From the IMG/VR virus record IMGVR_UViG_3300048502_000073: a DNA stretch of 20,000 nt; one strand, given 5' to 3'. Every line of letters begins with the position of its first letter. The first letter of the stretch is position 1. This DNA comes from an uncultured virus (IMG/VR IMGVR_UViG_3300048502_000073). Lineage: Duplodnaviria > Heunggongvirae > Uroviricota > Caudoviricetes. The translations under genes and the position numbers were made by a program. The notes beneath the pieces were generated by a model. That model searched no databases. It was not told where the DNA came from and saw only the letters and a program-made list of their open reading frames with translations. Positions 7,905 through 14,255 of the stretch are shown here, in pieces.

Positions 7905-8197
7905 TCATACCCCAGCAGCCAATGCAACGCTTCGTCGACAATCTCTGCGGCGGCCTCGGGCCGCGTATCAATGTCGTCGATTACATCGAGAAACCGTGTC
8001 GCGATCCAGTCGTCGATTTCGGCCAAGCCATTGTCGCCAAGCCTGTTGGCGCCCAAGGCGCGGGCTCGACACGCCACGAAGTCAACCGCCTCGTCAAAGG
8101 TGCAACGATTGCGCGCCACACTTAGAGCCTGAAGTCGCACTTCTCGCAAAAGTTTCGGCATCGATATCCGTCGAAAAGTGCGCGCGAAATCAGACAT
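7901..8197 (-). CDS. hypothetical protein (98 aa), coupled to the helicase gene
   Basis: ATGA overlap with the VapE-like start; helical composition. Confidence 0.7.
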   Translation of the reverse strand: MSDFARTFRRISMPKLLREVRLQALSVARNRCTFDEAVDFVACRARALGANRLGDNGLAEIDDWIATRFLDVIDDIDTRPEAAAEIVDEALHWLLGYE

Positions 8198-8483
8198 GGC
8201 CAGCGGCCTGCAAAGCCTTGATCACGGCCACAGACCACGTGTCCGAACGCTCCCTGTCGATAAACGAGACGATGCGATCGTATTGCACCTTGCCGGCAGC
8301 GTCCTTGACGACAGTGCCGCCTGCGGCGATCCGGGCGCGCGACGGTGGCGCACACCATGGCGCGCCGTCCCGCTCGAACACAGGGCACTCGTGCAGCGTC
8401 ATCCCGGATGGCATCTCGACGGTGACGAAGCCGACCAGAGCGCCGCTACGTCGGGCTAACGCTGCCCATTTCAAGATTCGCAC
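8190..8483 (-). CDS. hypothetical protein, SpoVG/SSB-like beta-rich pattern
   Basis: GALVGFVTVEMPSGMTLHECPVFERDGAPWCAPPS...GKVQYDRIVSF resembles SpoVG-like proteins of phage replication modules. Confidence 0.6.
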   Translation of the reverse strand: MRILKWAALARRSGALVGFVTVEMPSGMTLHECPVFERDGAPWCAPPSRARIAAGGTVVKDAAGKVQYDRIVSFIDRERSDTWSVAVIKALQAAGHV

Positions 8484-8674
8484 TGGCCGGTCTTTTGAGC
8501 TGCGGCGGGGGGATCGGCCTCGTATCCCTTCAATCCCGCCTCCAACAGCAGGATCAAGGCGTCGTTTTCGTATTTCAGGCGTCGGTTGAAACGGAAGTCG
8601 TCAATCCGCCGCAATAGGTCTACGGTCTTGAAGTTGATGGTGCGGTTCAGGCGCGTTGTTCGGTGTTCTGGCAT
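8471..8674 (-). CDS. ribbon-helix-helix type DNA-binding protein
   Basis: RTINFKTVDLLRRIDDFRFNRRLKYENDALILLLEAGL: alternating beta strand plus two helices as in CopG/Arc/MetJ. Confidence 0.7.
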   Translation of the reverse strand: MPEHRTTRLNRTINFKTVDLLRRIDDFRFNRRLKYENDALILLLEAGLKGYEADPPAAAQKTGQCES

Positions 8675-8680
8675 ACGGGA

Positions 8681-8708
8681 ATGTTATCACCGTCAGTGGC
8701 CGTTGCAA
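8681..8708 (-). promoter_or_regulatory. putative sigma70 promoter giving a leaderless transcript of the RHH gene
   Basis: TTGCAA-16 nt-TAACAT, then 6 nt to the ATG at 8674; no SD sequence. Confidence 0.5.
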
Positions 8709-8748
8709 CATGTTTTCGGTTTCAGGGTCGTTTGGTTCCGATCGTCGC

Positions 8749-8977
8749 TCATTTCGCATACTCCGGGACGAGGGATAGCGCGACGCGCTTGCCAGCGTCG
8801 GTGAGCACATCGACGATCCGGATGTCTAGCGTGTCGGAGAGGGTGCGCCACGCTAGCGATCTCGCTTTGCCCGCCGTAGCCGCATAGAAGACATCCGGGC
8901 CGTCGTAGCTCCTGACCCATACGCGCCAGGCTTTTGCGCAGCCGGGTTGCCGGCGTCGTCGTATCAGGCTTGGGCAC
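8749..8977 (-). pseudogene. small phage gene with apparent +1 frameshift in an A4 run (8932-8935)
   Basis: GTG 8977 with AAGGA. Removing one A gives ...RLRKAWRVWVRSYDGPDVFYAATAGKARSLAWRTLSD...LSLVPEYAK*, far more protein-like than the track frame. Span is 229 nt = 3n+1. Confidence 0.55.
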
Positions 8978-9182
8978 TGTTGTTTTCCTTTCGTGCTGGA
9001 GGCGGGTTGCGCTCGCGAAATCGGGCCAGTCTTTCAATCCAAGCGGCGTCGGCATCCGGGATTTTCACCTTGCCAGCGAGGTATTGCCTGATCGCGGCTT
9101 CCTGCCTGGATAACTGCCGTCCCGCCTCGCGCTGGGTCCATCCCAGGATAGCGATGCACTCAGCGATCCGAGCCGGCGTCAC
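8964..9182 (-). CDS. XRE/Cro-like HTH protein (paralog 1)
   Basis: MTPARIAECIAILGWTQREAGRQLSRQEAAIRQYLAGKVKIP...; GTG 9182 with AAGGA; aligns along its length with 9872..10081. Confidence 0.8.
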   Translation of the reverse strand: MTPARIAECIAILGWTQREAGRQLSRQEAAIRQYLAGKVKIPDADAAWIERLARFRERNPPPARKENNSAQA

Positions 9183-9423
9183 GAAGAACATCCTTTCTCG
9201 CTCTTTGCAGCGGCTCTTTCTCATTTTCGTAGCAAAGCACCGTGCGGCCATCCCTTTCAGCGTATGCCTTAGCCTTCGCTAGATCGGCCTCGGTGCCCTT
9301 GTTGAGCCACATGCAGGCCATCGGCTTCGGCACTGCTTTGAACTTGTGGGGACGCCCTATGTCGGGCTGCCCCTCTTGAACCATCACGCAATCCTCATCC
9401 AACCAAGCGAGAACGATTTGCAT
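9160..9423 (-). CDS. hypothetical protein (87 aa)
   Basis: GGAGG upstream; coupled in the cassette operon. Confidence 0.7.
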   Translation of the reverse strand: MQIVLAWLDEDCVMVQEGQPDIGRPHKFKAVPKPMACMWLNKGTEADLAKAKAYAERDGRTVLCYENEKEPLQRARKDVLRDAGSDR

Positions 9424-9426
9424 TTC

Positions 9427-9582
9427 TTAGCCCTCCTGCGCCCACTGGTCTGCCTTCATCGAATACCATTCGTTAGCTTCCAGGTCGGTCATGTCGCCGC
9501 TCTCAACCATGTTGCAGAGGTCTGACATCAGTTCGCGAAGCATTTGTTCGCGGCGGGCTTCGAAGCGGGATGGATGGATCAT
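9427..9582 (-). CDS. hypothetical protein (51 aa)
   Basis: MIHPSRFEARREQMLRELMSDL...; GGAG upstream of ATG 9582; first gene after promoter A. Confidence 0.65.
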   Translation of the reverse strand: MIHPSRFEARREQMLRELMSDLCNMVESGDMTDLEANEWYSMKADQWAQEG

Positions 9583-9620
9583 CTGAAGTCTCCGTGGTGT
9601 GTCTGTTTCCGATAACCAGG

Positions 9621-9680
9621 ACAATACGCATATTGCGTATCTTCGTCCACCGCAAAATGCGTATCAGCGCAAATTATTTT
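9621..9680 (-). promoter_or_regulatory. promoter/operator A
   Basis: TGGACG-17-TATTGT, with operator CGCATATTGCG (9627-9637) in the spacer and CGCAAAATGCG (9651-9661) upstream. Confidence 0.75.
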
Positions 9681-9687
9681 GGTGATT

Positions 9688-9879
9688 TCACTCATCGATC
9701 GGCATTCCTTCATATGGCGGCAGCGGGTTGTAGTAAGGAAACTCGCCGGCGTTGGAATCGTAGCCACATGACCGGCAGAACTCGCGGATAGCGAGGTTCA
9801 TCGTCTTGCAGTGTAGACAGTCCCAGTTTGGTGTCGATGTCCATAGGGCTTCTTTGGTCGTCTTAATTTCATCATTCAC
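9688..9879 (-). CDS. RanBP2-type zinc finger protein (63 aa)
   Basis: WDCLHCKTMNLAIREFCRSC fits W-x-C-x2-C-x3-N-x6-C-x2-C exactly. GTG 9879 with GGAG 8 nt upstream. Confidence 0.7.
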   Translation of the reverse strand: MNDEIKTTKEALWTSTPNWDCLHCKTMNLAIREFCRSCGYDSNAGEFPYYNPLPPYEGMPIDE

Positions 9880-10081
9880 TTTCTGCACTCCGCTTTGGTA
9901 GTGGGTTGCGTTCATGGTATCGAGCCAGCTTGTCGAGCGCTGCTGCAATCTCATCAGGTATCTGAACTACACCTCTCGCCCATTGCCGCACGGTGCCTTC
10001 CTGGCGCCCAAGCATCCTGGCTAGACCCCGTTGGGTCCAGCCGATTGCCTCCAAGCATTCCCGCAAGCGGGTGGGGGTCAT
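9872..10081 (-). CDS. XRE/Cro-like HTH protein (paralog 2)
   Basis: MTPTRLRECLEAIGWTQRGLARMLGRQEGTVRQWARGVVQIP: canonical HTH pattern. Confidence 0.88.
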   Translation of the reverse strand: MTPTRLRECLEAIGWTQRGLARMLGRQEGTVRQWARGVVQIPDEIAAALDKLARYHERNPLPKRSAESE

Positions 10082-10416
10082 GCCCCCATTCCCCTCGCGT
10101 AATCAATAGCCTTGCTCATGATCTGGCGCGTAACATAAACCTGGGCCGCCGGGGCTGTGTGGCCAACCGCTTTTAGCGCTGCACGGAACTTGCGGTCGTC
10201 GTCGCCGCAAAGCCGAACCAAAAATTCCCACTGCTTTATTGTTGCCTGCATGGCCTCGGGGATGACCGGCGCAACCGGCTCAAAGCGAACACCAGCCGCC
10301 TTGCTCGTCAGTTTGCCCGAACCACTGCACTGGAAGCACACGCCGTTCGCGATGCCGGAAAAAGCTGCGATCTTGCCGGAGCCGGAGCATTTGAAGCATT
10401 CGAAGGTTGCGGTCAT
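10078..10416 (-). CDS. protein with CxxCxGxG zinc-finger repeats
   Basis: CFKCSGSG...GVCFQCSGSG (DnaJ-type zinc ribbon); first gene after promoter B. Confidence 0.8.
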   Translation of the reverse strand: MTATFECFKCSGSGKIAAFSGIANGVCFQCSGSGKLTSKAAGVRFEPVAPVIPEAMQATIKQWEFLVRLCGDDDRKFRAALKAVGHTAPAAQVYVTRQIMSKAIDYARGMGA

Positions 10417-10460
10417 CGGGATAATCCTCGTTTCCGGGCATCATCGCCTCGGTGAAGATA

Positions 10461-10520
10461 GATATACGCATATTGCGGATAACGGTCAACAGGAAATATG
10501 CGCAATCTGCGGATTATTTT
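10461..10520 (-). promoter_or_regulatory. promoter/operator B
   Basis: TTGACC-17-TATATC, with CGCATATTGCG (10467-10477) in the spacer and CGCAATCTGCG (10501-10511) upstream; homologous to 9621-9680. Confidence 0.8.
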
Positions 10521-10720
10521 TGATCGAGGGCTGGAGGGGCAGAGCAACGATCGCAATCCTCAAAATACCATCCGTGATATTGCCGATCGCCATACGTGCG
10601 CCATTGCTCCGCTGCGCCGACGCCATGACAGATCGAGCAGCCGGGATCAGGGTGCCAATCGAATTTGAGCCAGCCGTTTGGCGTCCATACTGTGCGCGTG
10701 CGCGCGGTCGTATTAGACAT
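10514..10720 (-). CDS. small zinc-ribbon protein
   Basis: CSICHGVG...CDRC; ATG 10720. Confidence 0.65.
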   Translation of the reverse strand: MSNTTARTRTVWTPNGWLKFDWHPDPGCSICHGVGAAEQWRTYGDRQYHGWYFEDCDRCSAPPALDQK

Positions 10721-10922
10721 CGGGGATAATCCTTTCATGCCGCCACGTTGCCCACGCTGCTTTGCGCGGAGATAGATCGCTCATCCCCTTGGTCTGCCAC
10801 AGACCGCCGGTCCACAGAGCTTCGAATTCCTCTCGGGTAGAGCCATCCCCGACCTCGGCAGACAGCCAGTGCATCGTAAAGTCGTCAGTTCCGGTTGGTG
10901 GAAGGCACAGTTCGTCACTCAT
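10713..10922 (-). CDS. hypothetical Trp-rich protein (69 aa)
   Basis: MSDELCLPP...; AAGGAG upstream of ATG 10922. Confidence 0.65.
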   Translation of the reverse strand: MSDELCLPPTGTDDFTMHWLSAEVGDGSTREEFEALWTGGLWQTKGMSDLSPRKAAWATWRHERIIPDV

Positions 10923-11613
10923 TGGGTTTCTCCTTCTTCGCGACGCGCCGCTTCCGGCGCTTGGGTTGCTTTCTGACCACTGGCGTCTTCGCTTTTCGAA
11001 GTTCCTTGGCTGCTTTCTCGACAGCATCGGTCTTGTGGCCCAGGTCAAGAAATAGGGTTCTGATGCCGACTTTTACGCCCGTCTGTGCCTGAATTTCAGC
11101 AGCAATCTGACGCGCGCTCAGGTCTTGGCGGCCCCACAACTCCCGTGCCAGCCTCATCACATCGCCGGAAAGCAGCTTCGGCCGCCCTAAGATTGGCCCA
11201 CTGTTGTTCCGGACCCGCGCATTCTCACGTGTCAGTATCTTGGCGCCATTGGCGATCAGACCGGCGATCTCGGCAGTCTGCGGCGTGAAGTCAAATATCC
11301 GCCCATCAGCCATCATCAGCGACGCCGCGCGTTCTCCTATCGCCGCGTGCGCTTCCCACAGGCCGCCCTCCGTCAGCCCCAACGAGGCTTCATCGAACAC
11401 CACCAGGGTATCGCCAGAGCGAAGCGACTGGACCGCCGCTATAAGCTGAGGTTGCGGCGGCTGGCCGCGCCTCGGCACCATGTCCACATAGATCGGCGGA
11501 TGAGTTCCATCGACCCGAACGCCGGCTTTAATCAGCGCCGCCCGTTGCTCATCTACCGATGGCCCCTTCTTCCGCTCTCTGATGTAGCCTCTTAGCATTC
11601 GGCGCCCATGCAT
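10915..11613 (-). CDS. serine recombinase (resolvase/invertase family) homologue, predicted catalytically inactive
   Basis: Fold signatures GYIR, Q.AAL..AG, LRSGDTLVV, GRPK and a C-terminal HTH are present. YxRVS reads YIRER and DRLGR reads ASLGL. Start is 11613 or 11598. Confidence 0.8.
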   Translation of the reverse strand: MHGRRMLRGYIRERKKGPSVDEQRAALIKAGVRVDGTHPPIYVDMVPRRGQPPQPQLIAAVQSLRSGDTLVVFDEASLGLTEGGLWEAHAAIGERAASLMMADGRIFDFTPQTAEIAGLIANGAKILTRENARVRNNSGPILGRPKLLSGDVMRLARELWGRQDLSARQIAAEIQAQTGVKVGIRTLFLDLGHKTDAVEKAAKELRKAKTPVVRKQPKRRKRRVAKKEKPNE

Positions 11614-11672
11614 AAATTATTTATGCACTTTATACATATCCACTTGCACGGAGTCAAGGGTCATGTCATAAG
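11609..11672. promoter_or_regulatory. divergent promoter pair with a 19-bp palindrome
   Basis: Leftward TTGACT(11657-11652)-17-TATAAA(11634-11629); rightward TTGCAC(11644)-17-CATAAG(11667); palindrome TGCATAAAT-T-ATTTATGCA at 11609-11627. Confidence 0.7.
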
Positions 11673-11717
11673 GGGTGCAGGAAATCGAAACACCCCAAGA
11701 CGGACGGAGAAAGTGGC

Positions 11718-11927
11718 ATGGCAACCCTGACCCTGACCACCAGCCAAGAAGAAATCATCGGATACGCCCTGCGTCTTGCGATTCGGGACCAGAAAGCCAA
11801 GCTGGATGCGCTGTTGACGATGGGATCACAAGCCATCGGCAAGACATTCGTGGCGCAGGTTGACGGCCTTTATGCGCGAATTGCTCAGTTGGAAGACGCC
11901 TACAACGCGCTTCCGGTAGAAGCCTGA
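11718..11927 (+). CDS. hypothetical protein (69 aa)
   Basis: GGAG upstream; first gene of the rightward unit. Confidence 0.7.
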   Translation: MATLTLTTSQEEIIGYALRLAIRDQKAKLDALLTMGSQAIGKTFVAQVDGLYARIAQLEDAYNALPVEA

Positions 11928-12085
11928 TGGCAACGACGCTGGAATACCTGCAATCAATCGTGGCAACCGCAGTCCAGGCGCAGCAGGCGCTAGAGCGCGG
12001 CGACCACGATGCGACGCTAGACCTGTCGGGCAGTATCAGGGATGACCTGGATGCCGCCGAAAAGCAGGTAACTGAAAAACTCTAA
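11927..12085 (+). CDS. hypothetical protein (52 aa)
   Basis: Below the ORF track cutoff. MATTLEYLQSIVATAVQAQQALERGDHDATLDLSGSIRDDLDAAEKQVTEKL; TGATG coupling. Confidence 0.65.
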   Translation: MATTLEYLQSIVATAVQAQQALERGDHDATLDLSGSIRDDLDAAEKQVTEKL

Positions 12086-12101
12086 ACGGAGAAATGATGC
12101 C

Positions 12102-12290
12102 ATGGATATCAAGAAGGGCCAGATCGTTCGTTTGAAAGGCGAATATCTTACTCCCAGCGAAAATAACGCCCTGCATGTCGCGATTGAAGATTCATTCGAT
12201 GGCGTAGTCAGGGTCGAACCTGTCGAATTTGCCTATAATTTCAAGCCGATCAACGACTGGAGCACGGCTTGGGTCGAGGTTGTGCAGTGA
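12102..12290 (+). CDS. hypothetical protein, SH3/KOW-like pattern (62 aa)
   Basis: MDIKKGQIVRLKG...; GGAG upstream. Confidence 0.65.
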   Translation: MDIKKGQIVRLKGEYLTPSENNALHVAIEDSFDGVVRVEPVEFAYNFKPINDWSTAWVEVVQ

Positions 12291-12916
12291 TCGCTGCCCT
12301 CTATATCGAGGCCGGCGGCTGTTACTCTGGACTGCCCGGAGTTGACCCCTGGGACGCGGTGCGAGATGCCAGATTATATGCCGGCCCGCACCCGGTTGTG
12401 GCTCATCCGCCATGCCAGCGTTGGGGGCGATTCTGGCACGGAAGTCCGCGGAAACCGCACCAGTTTACGATCGGCGATGATGGCGGTTGCTTCGCCGCAG
12501 CGCTGGCCTCGGTGCGCGCCTGGGGTGGTGTGCTTGAACATCCCGCCGACAGCTTGGCATGGCGCCACCACGGTTTGACGCGGCCACCGCGCTCTGGCGG
12601 CTGGCATGTGGCTGACCTTGAGGGCGGTTGGACTTGCTACGTCGAGCAGGGTTTCTACGGCCACGCGGCACGCAAGGGCACATGGCTCTACGCCCATGGG
12701 GTCGATTTGCCATCGCTACGCTGGGGCAAGGGTGAACAGCGCCTCGATCCCGTGATGGTCGAGCGCTACGGTTACGAATATGCCCGGCGAAAAGGTCTGG
12801 TCTCGATGGTCGGTGGCAAGCGCAAGACCGAGATCAGGAACGCCACACCGATCGAGTTTCGAGACTTGCTTTTATCAATCGCGCGGACGGCCGAAAATCG
12901 GTCGATAGCGGCATAG
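12287..12916 (+). CDS. C5-cytosine DNA methyltransferase-like protein (short, divergent)
   Basis: AHPPC (motif IV), LEHP (VI), QGFYGHAARKGTWL (VIII-like), RNATPIEF (X-like). GTG 12287 overlaps the upstream stop. Confidence 0.65.
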   Translation: MIAALYIEAGGCYSGLPGVDPWDAVRDARLYAGPHPVVAHPPCQRWGRFWHGSPRKPHQFTIGDDGGCFAAALASVRAWGGVLEHPADSLAWRHHGLTRPPRSGGWHVADLEGGWTCYVEQGFYGHAARKGTWLYAHGVDLPSLRWGKGEQRLDPVMVERYGYEYARRKGLVSMVGGKRKTEIRNATPIEFRDLLLSIARTAENRSIAA

Positions 12917-12960
12917 CAAGAGAAATTTGCGCGCCAATCAACATAGCTCAAACGGAGGCG

Positions 12961-13251
12961 ATGATGGACTGCCCGCCTAACATCCACACTTGCATTGACG
13001 TGTTGAGCACCGCAGTCGTTGAGCGGTCCACTGCGGTAGACATGCCGATATGCTTGGGAACGTGGATGCCTATTTCGACAGAAGGAAACAATGTGGGAGC
13101 GGGCAGCTACGGCGAAGTCTTTTTGGTCAGGGCGACGCGTGATGGCGTCGTTGCTTCTGTCATGCTTGGCGGTCAACTGGTGGCAATTATCCGCCCGCCT
13201 GATGTGCGGGCGTGGCAGTGCGCCGCTGACCGGCCCGAAACTACATCTTAA
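12961..13251 (+). CDS. hypothetical protein (~96 aa)
   Basis: GGAGG upstream of ATGATG; fills the gap in the rightward unit. Confidence 0.5.
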   Translation: MMDCPPNIHTCIDVLSTAVVERSTAVDMPICLGTWMPISTEGNNVGAGSYGEVFLVRATRDGVVASVMLGGQLVAIIRPPDVRAWQCAADRPETTS

Positions 13252-13261
13252 ACGGAGGTAA

Positions 13262-13378
13262 ATGATGACCTGGATCATATGGATCGCGTTCGCGATCGTT
13301 ATCGGTCTCCCCGCGCTATTCGCGATCCCGATGTGGATTTTGGCATCCGTCGCCTTCCATCCGGTCGGGAAAAAATGA
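13262..13378 (+). CDS. small membrane protein (38 aa)
   Basis: MMTWIIWIAFAIVIGLPALFAIPMWILASVAFHPVGKK; GGAGG upstream; ATGA coupling downstream. Confidence 0.6.
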   Translation: MMTWIIWIAFAIVIGLPALFAIPMWILASVAFHPVGKK

Positions 13379-13701
13379 CAGATAAAGAAGCTCAAGAGTG
13401 GGTTAGGCGCGACTGCGAATGGTTAGCGACCAAAGATGGGAGCAAATACATTAGCGAACAGGTCGGCTGCCCTCGCTGCCATGGCGGAGGTGACAGGCCA
13501 GACAAGGCGTGCTGGCTCTGCGAGCCGGTCATCACCACCCGCAAGGGCCGCAAGCGGTGGCGCGAGCGCGCATCCATCATTCTTCTTACGCCAACCGTGG
13601 CAGCGATCGTGGCCATATGGGCGGGCTATCCGGCGCTTGGCGTCGGCATGGCGTTGGGCAATCTTATAGGCACGGTCGTGCTCGAGGTGGTGCGGCCGTG
13701 A
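13375..13701 (+). CDS. zinc-finger membrane protein
   Basis: CPRCHGGG...CWLC followed by two hydrophobic helices; ATG 13375. Confidence 0.65.
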   Translation: MTDKEAQEWVRRDCEWLATKDGSKYISEQVGCPRCHGGGDRPDKACWLCEPVITTRKGRKRWRERASIILLTPTVAAIVAIWAGYPALGVGMALGNLIGTVVLEVVRP

Positions 13702-14180
13702 GCAACAGCCGCTATGTGCTGGCCAAAGCGGTATGCGAGGCGGTCGGTAGGCACTTGGCCCGGAACGCTGAGCGTGAGCGATCTGCAGAGGACCGGTGGC
13801 GGCGCGTTTCACATCTGGAAATGGTCATGCGTGAGTGCTGCGATGCGATCAGAGACAATGACGACATGGGTGCGCTGCGAATGCTGGAAATCGCTTTGAA
13901 GGAACAAGCCCCGGCCCACGTCGATTCCACCTTGGGTGACGTGCGGAACGCATTCGAAGCGTGGGATGCGGACCGGAAGCCACGGATCAAGAACGGCCCC
14001 ACCGCGAGGGCTGCTGCTGACCCCGCGCTCCGGGCAATCGCGGCCGACATGAGCCTAACATCGAAGCAGGCGGCTGCGATTTGGGGATGTCACTACAACA
14101 CCATCCGCGCGGTGCGTCGGGCCTTGCGGGAGAGCAAGGGGCTCCAGGCAAAAAAAAACCGGCGTGTGACCGCCGGTTAG
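13698..14180 (+). CDS. hypothetical protein with C-terminal HTH
   Basis: GTG 13698 overlaps the upstream stop; LTSKQAAAIWGCHYNTIRAVRR is HTH-like. Confidence 0.65.
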   Translation: MSNSRYVLAKAVCEAVGRHLARNAERERSAEDRWRRVSHLEMVMRECCDAIRDNDDMGALRMLEIALKEQAPAHVDSTLGDVRNAFEAWDADRKPRIKNGPTARAAADPALRAIAADMSLTSKQAAAIWGCHYNTIRAVRRALRESKGLQAKKNRRVTAG

Positions 14181-14255
14181 TTTAAAAAGGGGGAGGAAAC
14201 CAAAACACAAGTCCACTTGCGACCCCAAAATAGCTTTAATGGGACGCAAGGCGCA

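Noticed and set aside
7684..8589. 301-aa plus-strand ORF
   Set aside because: Antisense to four coupled minus-strand genes with recognisable motifs.
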